Source of the DNA: Catajapyx aquilonaris
Lineage: Eukaryota
Assembly: GCA_000934665.2 (NCBI GenBank)
Contig: JYFJ02002689.1
Coordinates: forward strand, 1 to 53,181
Direction of reading: 5' to 3'
Length of the DNA: 53,181 nucleotides
The number at the start of each line of letters is the position of its first letter. Position 1 is the stretch's first letter. The position numbers were made by a program, and so were the translations under genes. The notes beneath the pieces are model-generated. The model ran no database searches and was not told the origin of the DNA. It saw only the letters and a list, made by a program, of their open reading frames with translations. Positions 1-11,900 of this stretch are shown here, piece by piece.

Positions 1-863
1 TGAAACCCCTGGGGCATATGTCGGGGCCTCCGTATGGATTTGCATAGCGAATAACAGGAGAGACAGACATACGTCGAGAAATATGTATTAGATTATAGAA
101 CATATACAATATTGATGCTGTAATTTCACCTGCTATCAAGGTTTGTCATCGCTGGTTATAAAATGGATGATGTAATTACAGGTTGAAAAAAACGCAAGAG
201 CCTCCTGTAATTTGACGACTCTTCATATACTGTACTCATGGATGAACGTGGAATTGAGACATGCTCGAAATAGGTACGCGCCATGCCATAAAAATAGTGC
301 CAAATTACACTGCAGCCGTCTCTCTGATGCCATAAATTGGCCGGCCTATCGAGGCACCTGTACCAAAATTAAGGCATAATATCATGTACGGAGAAGTTGA
401 GCCACGCAACCCTCCTCATCAGCCAGAAGTGATGGTTAATAAAAGGGAATGACCACAGTTATTCATCGATAGCCCTCACCGCTTCTAATTTCATAATGAG
501 CTCCTATTGAACCGTTAGAATAGACCACTGCACGTATCACGTATGTCAAGGTAATAAGACCTCTATAGAGCAGGCTCGAGCAGGTGAATGGTCATTCGAT
601 AATAACCTGCATTCGGTTCTGAATGGACCCGAATAAAAGTCCACGTACGCCATGTTTGAAACCCCACCTACAGGGTGGCATATGGAAAAGGGGTAACCCA
701 ACCGAAAAGTCCGAGGCCTCATACTAATGATTGGCGTACTCGCGTGTGCCCAACTAATGAACCAGTATAAATCACTTTTCGCCTGGCGTGCCACCTGCAA
801 GAATTACGCTTTCCCTTCCGCAATGCCCCATAGAGTGAAAACCTGCCATGGAAACGTATGGGT

Positions 864-865
<2 letters not shown>

Positions 866-903
<38 letters not shown>

Positions 904-925
904 ACTCACACACACACACACACAC
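866..925. repeat. Compound microsatellite (TC)17 then (CA)n
   Basis: Direct reading of the sequence. Confidence 0.95.
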
Positions 926-3900
926 TGAAAGTAACTTGTCCCGGACAGACAGCTGCGACTTGTTGCATACTAGTGTAGTGTATATACAGGTATGTGTCTG
1001 TGAAGCCGCTCTTTTGCTGGGTTGACAATCCCTGAAGCAGGCCGTTAACAGGAACCTTTGACCGGAGCACCTGCCGAGGACAGGCAAAAGGATGGTCTAA
1101 TTATTTCTGGGCTGTTCCCGTTTGAAAGGCGGCCGTCCATCAACCGGCGCCATTGTGGCCCCTCGGAAAAGATCGATTCCATCAGACCCGTCAGACGAGT
1201 ACACACACCCACACACTACACACACTATATATATACGAAAGTTAAAAAGTCAGACCTGGACAAAAACCGTTGACTTCCAAACATAGTTCATATGAATCGC
1301 GGATGGCCACAATACCGGGGACTTCCCCCGTGGTGGTGGCGATTCTTGCGCCAATTTCAGGGAGCCTAGTGTTGCAATTGGTCTCCGGAGGTGGAAGTGA
1401 GGAGTGCCTCTTAAAGCAGCTCCTGCATTTCCGCCCGCTGCTCCTGCAAATGTCGTTGGGATTGGAGTCCCGCAGCTCTCGGATTGGGCAGTCGTGCAGT
1501 GAAATACGGAGGTTTGGTCCGAGCTGAAGGGAAAAAAAGGAAAGAAGAAGGAGGGAAAAAAAATTTGGAAGGGGGGTAGCCTTCTCGCGAGTTCAACTCT
1601 AAATCTAGAGAATGGCCCATTTAGTTTGTCATCTCGGCAGAAGCGGATGGAAGGAGGAGCCAAGACCGCCTTTTGGCCAAAGGAGCCTCCAGATGCCCAC
1701 GGTTACCTCGAAAAAGAAAGTAACACTGCTTACTGAACAAGCCGTTCTCTAATACAAGGACTATCATGTACAATATTTTTGCACATTTCTCTCTCTATAC
1801 GCGCTAGGGGCACAACAGATTGAAAATTCCGATCGTATGTGATGAGACATTTGATTCATTCCGAACCGCGTTTGTACACCGACAAGAATTCCCCCGGAAC
1901 AATTCCGCCGCTTCATTAATTTCACCGGATCCACCTGCCCACAAATCCGGTGGAGCAAATGAAAATTCCAATTACCATCTGCATGGATGTTTTTTTTTTT
2001 CGAACTTTATTTGAAGCAGACGCGGGCGTTCCTCACTTTTGAATATCCTCCAGACTTCAGCATCTATTCAATAAGTCCTTTTTTCCCAGCCGGTTTTACG
2101 CTGCTTTTCGTTAATTTGCTGTCATTTTTCTTAGGAAGCGTAATTAATTTCGTTCCATCAAGATTTTCCTTCCCAAGAGTGATGAATAGTTACACTTCGT
2201 CGGCCGCTTCAATCAATATGGTTTGTTTGCGTTTCCCATAGCAGAACTAGCAGAACCCTTTCCTGCTGAGCTGTGTACATGTCATCACCCGGTTCTAATC
2301 ATCGAAACCGTACTTTTGGATCATTTGTTCCACTAGCGCCATAAAAGCAGATTTCTTCAGACTGTAGGGTATTGGACCTTTGAGAGTTCAAAAAAAAGAA
2401 AAATCTTGCGAGCCAGAAAAAATTTCTCTTGACATTCGAAAACCCGGAACCAGCAAGAGTCTCCGAGGTAGCATGAAAGTTGCAACGTTATACGATTTGA
2501 TTGCGTGTTAACTCCTGTGTGGTGAGTATAAGAAGAGGCGGGGGTGGAAAGGAATCGATCCACTTTTTGGACCCCCCCTTCTTTTCATACCCGTTCTTTC
2601 CTTTATGTGCCTGATATTCGCGACGCCTTCAAATTCACTTTTCCATACAAGGAAGGGTGGGCAAAAATGGGAACACTAAAGCTGAGCCGCACCATTCCAA
2701 TAACATTATAATCGAGGCTATACCCGTGTAAAAAGGGGGCTGCATTTTTTCCCAAAGAAATGGCAGCCATGTGGATGGATTTATAGCAGTCCAGGTTTGT
2801 ACCAATCCAATTTATTCAAGGTGAACAAGAAATTAATAGTGCATGTAAAATGATTACAAAATTTTTAGTGCGTCTCTGTAAAATATTCAAATTCATGTTA
2901 GCGGTTTTAAGCTACTTAAGAGGTTGTCTGCAAACAGAAACTTCCAAAACTTTCGTCAATTGCAGATCTAGGCAGTGTAGCACCCTGTGTTTGAGTTTGG
3001 GCCATTGATGGATATTATTGCATCATAGCATGCCGCTAAACAACAGTGCTTTGAGCAATTTCCAGAGGCCTACATTCAATTATTTTACCCATGCATAACT
3101 AGGTCTGGCAAAAAAAAAATCTGGGGTGGAGAACACGACCAAAATGTCTAAATTTAACCTCCCCCTCACCCCAAAAGCCCGTCATCCATTCTGACATTAA
3201 TGATTGCCAATTTAGAGGCGACCCCACCAGCAATTCAATATAAGTCGAAAAACTAACAGACTAGTAATGGGACAGGGGAGGAAACGTTGCATTTCCAGCA
3301 TTTTGCACGGAATTTCCGGCCGGGAAATCAGGAAATTCTTAGATTCGGCTATAAAAAAAACAGAGAAAGAAAGAGAGACTATGGGATCTAGCAGCAATTT
3401 CGTGACAAGCACCCTAGATGTTCTCGTGCTAAAAACACTACGCAAGGGCGCACATTCCCTCACCTGATTGCTATAGTCCCTCCGGAATTTTTTCAGATCG
3501 GTTGTGACTAACTGCATGCAACATTTTTTGACAAATACCTGCGGGTTAATCGTACACAAACCGCCCAGCATTACAGTGCCATGAAGGCACAAAAAATGCA
3601 ACAATGCACCAACTTTTGTTTTTGGCGGGGCCATACGCTGCTATATGTGCTTCCGAGTTAATAATTTCCGCTCTTGAAAACATCAACGGCCGCTGTGTAC
3701 GTGCTTTTTCTCCGTGCACGTTAATGACGTGGCAAAAAAGCCGCAAACAAGGTCGTCAAAATGTACCAAGCCCTGTTTTACGATCCTAGCCACTTGCACT
3801 GTCACCCAGAATAACCCGGAGAGCTGAAGGCATAAAAACACAAGACCTTGCAACTTCGCATAAAAATAATATATAATAAATATATAAACAATAAAACAAT

Positions 3901-4045
3901 ATTCATCACGGATTTTCCGAAACAACTAGGGTGCCAGCGGATAACGAGAAGGTCCTCGCCACCCTCCTGCATGACCAATTATTATTATTTTTTAAATCTG
4001 GAGACTGGTCGGGTACTCGCAGACATTGCAAAAGAATACAATGGA

Positions 4046-4065
4046 ATTATTATTATTATTATTAC

Positions 4066-4102
<37 letters not shown>

Positions 4103-4157
4103 GTTATTATTATTATTGTTATTATTATTATTATTATTATATAATAACAATAATAAT
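4046..4157. repeat. (ATT)n trinucleotide microsatellite with variant units, followed by a short inverted (AAT)n tract
   Basis: About 31 ATT-type units at 4046-4140 (with ACT/GTT variants), then ATAATAACAATAATAAT at 4141-4157. Confidence 0.95.
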
Positions 4158-5187
4158 GGCAGGCTTTGAACGAGTGGCTCTTTATTAGTTTGAGAACATT
4201 CAATACAAAACGCGGAGTGCCATATTAATATTGGCCTCATAGTCAGTGCATGACACCTAGTGTTCTGCGATGCCAAAAACTCTGATTGACCGCCCTTCCA
4301 GTATTATGAGCTAATAAACCACGAACGTATACCGCAACAGACGAATCAATATGAGAGATCCACTCACCTCATTTTTCACTCCCCCCACCGAAAAAAGTGG
4401 GGCCTAACATGGAGCAAGCTCATCGCCCCCCTTATAACCCTCCCAGTTTGGGGTTTACACACCGGTAGAAAGAGACATTGAATTAAGGGAGGTAGTTGAA
4501 GCGCAAAGTGGCAAGAGTAGGGAGGGAGGGGGGGGAGGGGGAAAGGTAGACAAACTTTCCGCCCCCGTCTAATCAAGGCTCATTTGGCTCCGACTCAAAG
4601 ACGTGCCAGAAGAAGGCTTTTGAGGTGCTTCTCCGGCTGCCAAATGAACGACGTCACCTCGACTTGCTCCGCCGCCGGTAATGAGATGGTGAGGAAAACT
4701 AATGTTCAGGTATCGGCGGTTTTGGGTTTTCTCATACCCGCTCCTACCCATCGTGCTTACACATTTTTTTCACCCAACCAAACATGGTATGAAAAAAGTG
4801 TGCATATATAGTCAGCCAATTAGACGCAGCAGCTTCCGATTTTTTGCCAATTAGTGTTTGCTCCAATGGAGTACTGCATTATATTGAGGTGAAACACCTC
4901 CTGCGACATGGCATCGAGCGAAACCGTGCCAGATATCTTGCAGTCCCTGAGAAACAATAAGCCTCACTTGGCCATGCGAATAAAGGATTCTGACAGTGCC
5001 AATTTATGGGTGACGCCGCCCAGAGAATAAGGCTAACATTTTAATTCCTTCTAAGAGTCTCTCCCCTCAAAGTTTTCATTGCCTCGTCTCCATCGTGCCT
5101 GTTCAGAACATAAAAGGACCCGTTTTATGCGGCACTTTCTTCAAGAAATATTCTTAAAAAATATCTTTGTGTTGACACGTTATTTTG

Positions 5188-5209
5188 CGAGAGAGAGAGA
5201 GAGAGAGAG
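5188..5209. repeat. (GA)n microsatellite
   Basis: Direct reading of the sequence. Confidence 0.9.
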
Positions 5210-6571
5210 GTTTTGCAAGCTGGACACAAACCAGGAAATTTACACCGGAATTGATTCGAGTGTGGAGCGGATCTGGTTTTTAATTTGTGAGAGGTAATTC
5301 TGTGAATTATCCGGCACACCAACATGGTATGATACATTTTTCACGAGCCTCGTACAAAAATACATTAATCAGCTCAAAAATACCCGTCCTGCTAAATACC
5401 ACGGATGTAAGGGCTTCGCTTTGGAGTACTTTTGCGAATATTGTGGGTAGGCAGAAAACCCGAAATTTCCCCAGTATGTTGCATTGCACGATTACAGTCC
5501 AAACAATAATATATAAACTCTCAAATTTGTATATGAAAATTCTGTGTATATGCAGTATAGTTACCACCTGCATAAATAAAGAGAAAGTACTATCCAGAAT
5601 TTTCTCTAAAATTACTGGCGTCCATAAACTTCCTGCCAAAAATTGTGCAAAATATTGTATAATCCTGGTCCTTATACGAATACTGATAACAAATCAGAGA
5701 AATATTGCATGAACTAAGAAGATTTTATACCGGTTGGAATTTTTCTCACACAAAAGTGATTACTTTTTAGAGTGTAAAGAAGTACAGTATAATTATTATG
5801 TCCCGATTTTGTGAAGGTGTCTAGGCAAATATATCAATCATCTTGTATGCCCAAACTTTCACTGTTTGTGTTGCTATCAGTAAAATATTACCAGAACCTG
5901 CAAAAAATCTCCAAAAATTCCTTTGATTTGAGACCAGGTAATGAGAGTCGATTAGTCCAACGAAAAAGTTACCGTAGTCTTTTCTCTCGAAACCACTTGG
6001 CAAATTATTCAGGTCTGCGGAGGATTAAACATCAAGACTCCCTCCCCCCCCCCTTTCAAACTCCACCCCTACCTCGGCAATATAATTTTTGACTTGTCTT
6101 GACGAACGCAAGGCGACGGGCGTTCCGATCCTTTCAATTTCTCCGCATGTTCAAACATAATTATGCAAATGCCCTAATATAGTCATTTAAAGTTTACGTC
6201 GACTGGAGGCAAGATAAATTTTAAGACCACGGTAGAAAGTCAGCTCCCTACTGCATAAAGATTAGCACTATTGTAGTAAGGAAAACGCGGGCCCTAGTTA
6301 CACCTTTCTGCTCCAGATAGTAATTCTCTTATTGCCAGCCATACTTTTGCCTAGATTAAAGCTCGGCGATTACCTTCGGATTTAATTGGGGAAGAAATGA
6401 GTGTCGTAAGCCAATAAGGCGCCTGTAAATCACCTGCAGCGTCTCATTAACCGGGATCTCATCAGATTTTAAAGCGATTATTCTCCTGGACAAAACGGTG
6501 ATTGAAATAGCATCATTCCGCTCATCTGTCACCATCCATATTTTGTGCCCCCGGATAAGGCAGAGAGGCTG

Positions 6572-6588
6572 TACAGGGTGTCCCAAAA
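6572..6588 (+). mobile_element. Isolated Tc1/mariner-type terminus (TA-CAGGGTGTCCCAAAA)
   Basis: TA followed by CAGGGTG is a common terminus of invertebrate Tc1/mariner-derived MITEs. No partner end was found nearby. Confidence 0.45.
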
Positions 6589-8639
6589 TACCATGAATTT
6601 TGAAATTTGAACTAAATTCACCTTGGTTGTCTGAATCATAACGAAGCTACTTCGCGCACGAGCAGCGCCCAAATATTTGAGAAGAACTCCAGGCAGTGAA
6701 AATGGAGATTTTTCCCAAGACCTTACATATGGGCGCACTATATCGCAAATAATCCGGATGACTAAATCCGTCTCTCGGCGCTTTTCTGAAGAATCCACGC
6801 ACCCTTGGCCGAGTTCCCCGGATTCCTGGAAGTCTTGCACGTGTCGGCCTTACACACTCCAGCTCAAATATTATGTCCCTGCAGTTCCGCAGATACATGT
6901 CCTCGGCACTGCCTAATTACATCGATTACACCACTTGTCAACCATGGTGTAGAAATGAGCTCGCAGAAAAAAAACTCTGCTCGTCGCCAAAAAAAAAAAA
7001 ATCTGCGCGCCTTCGCTCTGCGAAATTAGCACGATGCCGGAATTCTAGCTGTCAACATCCCCAGTCTTCATAAAAGCCCCAACCTGGAAATGTCATCATT
7101 TATTCTCCCTTTCCCTGCATTTTTATTCCGCCGCCGCCGCCAAGCTCTGCAGGGGGAAAAACCTTTAGATAATTAACGCGTGGTAGAGCAAATCTGGTTC
7201 CATATTTCGTTCTATCCGCCATGTGGTCGATATCTTAAAATCTCTGTATGCAATACTGGACATTAATCCATTTCCCCTCATATTGTGACATTTAGCTTTA
7301 ACCTTTGATTTAAGAAAAAGGCGACCATCGACGTCCTGGTAAATTGATCTCACGGCTCAAGTCACAAGATAAGCGATCCTATTGTGCGGTGTACTCTTTG
7401 GACAGACAACCCCAATAATGCGAGGGGGCAAGTCCGCCTCCCCAAAAATGGTCCAAAATGTCCCTAGCGACCTCCACCAGCTGCCAATCCCCTCTCCCTA
7501 CTATTCTCCCTTGCCAAGACCTCCCAGTGCCGTCGACGCAGCTGTCAAGACGAGCAAGATCAATGACACACCCCTGACGAGATCACCACCCCGTAGGTGA
7601 TCTTTTCACCCAACCAGCTTTAAAAACCTTCCAACTAGACCATGGAAAAGCTTCCATCAAGTCTGCGGACTATACTCCACAACTTTACCCCCCAGTCCCT
7701 TCCCATTTAATTACTTTCCTCAGCCCGAGCACATCAGGAGTGAAGGTTGCGCGCCGCAGCATCTTCCAGAAAGAGCAGCTAAATGATTACTGCACTTTGG
7801 GGAACATGATGGCCATTTCCCTCACGCCGGTACCAAAGTTATTAAACATTTATATCATTCCACGCAGGCCTGTAAGATCTGGAGTAATGCCTGGAACAGA
7901 TGCTCATAGACTGGAAAAAAATGTACTGGGTGAATCACTCCAGTTTTCATTACCGAAATGCCACATGTGCTGAGATTGTTTGTTTAAAAAAAGGAAGGTT
8001 ATGTTAGGGTTGTATGTACAGTACAATAACATGTGACCATTCATGCAGTAGAATAACACATGACCGACCATGCAGCACATGACACATGTTTTTTATTATC
8101 ATCAGTTGGTGACTCAATGACTAATATTATTTTGGCCCCCTCACATCACCTGGAACAGATTCAGCGACCTATTTAGGTCCAGTGCAAATGAGGCATGAAT
8201 CACAGCTGCAATTTCCGGATCATTTTGCCTCACCCGGTGTTCACCGCCCGGCCTATATTCCGTGCCTGCATCTACTTTGGGCTCCCAACGAACAACCGCA
8301 AATATCCCCCCCTAACTCTCCCACCTACCCAGCATTTATGGGCCCCTCTCCCCAATATAGCATCATCGACCAAATCCGACAGTCGTCCCCTCCACCAAAC
8401 CTGCCAATAATTGGAGAATACTTTTGCGTCTGGCTTCCGGAATGGACCACTGCCTGACTGCTGGGGGGAACAAGGAATCATGCAAAGAATCCCGGAATTG
8501 GGGCCCTTTGGGAGGCCCAGATTGGTGGTGTAGTATGCTCCCTCCCCCTCAACGGACCTCGAAGCCTTCCAGTTCCCAGCAACACGCGAAGGCGTCTGGG
8601 GTTGCCCACTCACGCAGGTCCACTCCCATGGCCCCCAAA

Positions 8640-8930
8640 TTACAGTCCTTGTCGAGGCTGGCCCCTCCAACAACCAGGAGCAAACATGGGCGCCGCTTAT
8701 CCGCCTAGCTTTCCCCCTCATCCACACCCACACCCACAGAGCTGCTAATGACCGAGTTAGGCATCTGCATTCGTCACTTGCAACTTGCTCAACGTCTATC
8801 AGGCCTGGCGACACTAGCCATTTGTCTGCAGTCTCATCAACTGTTTCGACGCTGCGGGGAAAAGCGCATACCAGCCCTGGATTAGCGCAGTATGTTCCAC
8901 GCCCATCCAAAGTCACTCCTAACCTTCACC
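8640..8930 (-). mobile_element. Decayed non-LTR retrotransposon (LINE) fragment, C-terminal part of reverse transcriptase
   Basis: Minus-strand translation reads RLGVTLDGR..LVCA..KWLVSPGL..WVWVW..RISGA, then (frameshifted) LLLVVGGASLD. This follows the order of R1/LOA/I-group motifs YLGVTLDxRL..VCAKA..WGLSP..YGxxVW..RITGA..LVLAGxxPLD. Recognised by eye only. Confidence 0.4.
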
Positions 8931-11900
8931 TTGATAGAGTGCTGACTGTAGCTGGATGAAGTTCATTTTTGCATCATCTCAGGCTTAAGATAAGTAGCCA
9001 TCTTGTCAAGTTTAAGGCGGAGAAAAGAGAGTTGTGGTAATTCTCTCAGAACTGTACCAGGTCCCTTTTTTTACTCCGCTTCTCCAGATGGTCTCTGCCT
9101 TGCCAGACAACCCTCGTCAGGCTCTTGACAAACGTTTTCTTCTGGTGGTGCAGCGTCGGCGGCGTCGGCGGGCATGGAGAACAATTCCCACAATGCAACA
9201 CTTCGGAGCGGCAGCCAGAACGCGCTTGGCTTTGCACAAAACACGATTCCCCGAGCAAGTTTTTGGGGGTTTCCCTGGGACTTTGAAATTGCAAAAGTCC
9301 TTCCTGGGTGACAAAGAGCTCATGTCTGAGGCGTTGACGCGAGACTCTGCTCCGCAAGCTGTTTTTAAGTCCCAATCTGCTGTCCTCTGTCCCGTTTTTC
9401 CTTGGGCCAAAACGATCCGGGGCTGGGCAAGGCATTTTCTCTCATGGGCCTTCCAGGCAGCTGATGTCTGCTTTTCCAAAGCCGCACATGCATCGGTCGG
9501 AATTGATCACTGGGACTCCTGGGAAGACGGGGGTCTTCCACAGGACTTTACAAAGGTTTCCATCTCAATTTGTCTGACAATTTTTCTTCCGCCTTTCCAA
9601 ATAACTCGGGTTGGCAGTTCGATGGAATTGGAGACAAGAGAGGTCCCCAGTCCGCTGGACGCTGGAGAATTACAATTTAATCAGACCCGTCCAAACCCTG
9701 GAGTTGTCATTTGCCTTGGGGAGTAATCATTGAGCTAAGGTGTGCGAGGGGCTGTTTATCTGCAAAACTTGGCTGTTTTTACGGCCTCCAGCACCTTTTG
9801 CTGGGCAGCCTTCGTGCCAGAATGTGCTTACAGTCAAGGCACTTAAGTAATTGGAGTAACACATAATGTAAATGGGGAAGTAGTTTCGTAAAAAAAGAGA
9901 GCAGGTTCGATCCTGCAGGATTATAAACACTGTAGCCCCCCTTTTTCCGTGATGGGGAACTTTCATGCTCACTTCATCTTCTCACAATTTTTATCTGCCG
10001 AGCAAAAAAAAGAGATACTATCAATTTTTCTTTCGTGCCATTAAGCCAACATTTACACTCCATGAAACTTTTAGCGGGTATTAGCATTTTGCAAAGTTTC
10101 GTAATGAGCACGAATTTTTTCGGGTCATGTTTCTTTGATATGGCCACTGTGTTTCAAAAAAACGAAAATCTTTACTGTAATTACCCCTAGTCTGCGCAAC
10201 ATAATTTTCACTCTAATGATTATACAAATACTTCTGCCTGCAAAAGTGGTCCCGAGCTGACTACAACCCCGACATTAAAACGCTTCGGTGTACAGTACTT
10301 TCAGTAACCAGAAGCGTGGCCGGTCTCGGCACTAAAATTGACGTCATCAAAGCGGAAACATTTGCTTCCTCACGATTTAATTTTTATGCTCTCCAAAAAG
10401 GGGAGGTCTACTCGAAAAAAAAACCCTCGAAACGACTGTCGAGCTTACACATGCAGACACATGTTGGACTTGTGTGTAATTCCCCCCCTAGTCACATTCC
10501 TGGCCGTGGCCAGCGGTGGCAAGGGCACTCTAACGAGCTTATAATGCCCGTAGCAGGCGAAGCAATTTGCCTAAACGGACAATGATAGATGCGGCTTCTT
10601 TACTGCCCCTGCCACTGGGAATTTGGTCCACGGGTCTAATTGTGAGCTCATCTTGGGCGACGATTTCTCTCTGAAGAGCTGGCGTGTCAAGGGACTTGGT
10701 AGAGAAAAAAAGGTCGGAATAATGTCATCTGGCTGCAGTCTCCAATATGAAGCCTCATCCCCGCCTACCCCCCAACCCCACCGGATCTAACGAGCTTAAT
10801 CCAAAAGGATCCGAAATTAATTCCCTCTCCCTTCCTTCTATACAAGACTTCCGGACGGCGGCCATAAAGAAGCCAATCTGCTAAGAAAGCTCGAGTCGGG
10901 CGGTCACGCTCCCAGGAGGCGAGGGTGGGCTATTAACTCCCCCCACCTCCCTAAATCCCCCCATCCCACCAACCATCCTAACACATCTCACCCGGACCCC
11001 CCTCCTGTCCTCTTTCCCCGCAATCCAATATCTAGCACAGCATAGATGGTGCATTCACACCTCATGGTATAGAGTTGACCTCAACCGATGGGTCAAACGG
11101 CCAAAAATACTCGAATCAATCTGCAGCAAATTTTTATCCTGTTATCCTGACTATTCAGAGCAACCCAACTGCCTCTTCTGCTTAGGGAAAGTCTAACTTC
11201 CGGGATGAACTTTTTTGGGGGATTTTCCATCCTGGATGTTAGAATTTCCCTAAGCAAAAAGGCAATTTAAGTTGCATAAAGAGCCAGGATAACACAACAA
11301 TTATAATAGGACGCTGTTATGCAATAATGTGTCAACCCACAAAAAATGTCCACATTAAGTTAATCCCAGGAACATATACCCAGAGGATCGTACTTCATTC
11401 AGTTAAAATCAAGCTGATGAAATCTGCATACTTCTGCCATAAATGAGCGAAAGGTTAGCGCACAAATGGTGTGCAATATTATTGCTGGCATTATCCAGTT
11501 ACGAGCAGTCCAGAAGACATTTTATGCCAGAGAATCAGCACGGATCGTTTCAGGAGGCCAAAGCAACACTAGGTCAACAATGTCGTTCACTACTTTCCGA
11601 AGTAAAGACAAACATCACTTTGGTATGAACGAGAGCCCTCTTTTCACCCACTTCAACCATCCAGTCAACACTACCAATGCACCGGCAATAGCTGAGGGAG
11701 GGTGGTGGGTTGGGGGCATAAAACCTCCTTCTATTTTCCTCCCTCGCATCAGGATTTCCGCATTCACTCTTACACAGAAACGAGAGAAAATCTACGCTCT
11801 CGCAACAACGTCAAAGTTGATTTACAGCGACTTTGAAGCCCCAGCTCCAAAAAGACTGCTGGCGCTTTTCCAATGACTCTTCTGATGGTACACCAAGTTT

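Noticed and set aside
3848..4276. Poly-Ile, poly-Tyr and poly-Asn ORFs
   Set aside because: Translations of the (ATT)n microsatellite.
8025..8088. Degenerate ~27-bp tandem repeat (AATAACA..TGACC...CATGCAG), about 2.3 units
   Set aside because: Too short and diverged, with no spacers; not a CRISPR array or a notable satellite.
9034..9726. 230-codon ORF on the + strand, with overlapping minus-strand ORFs
   Set aside because: GTG start, no recognisable domain or coherent composition, and no convincing splice sites; probably a chance open frame in GC-richer DNA.
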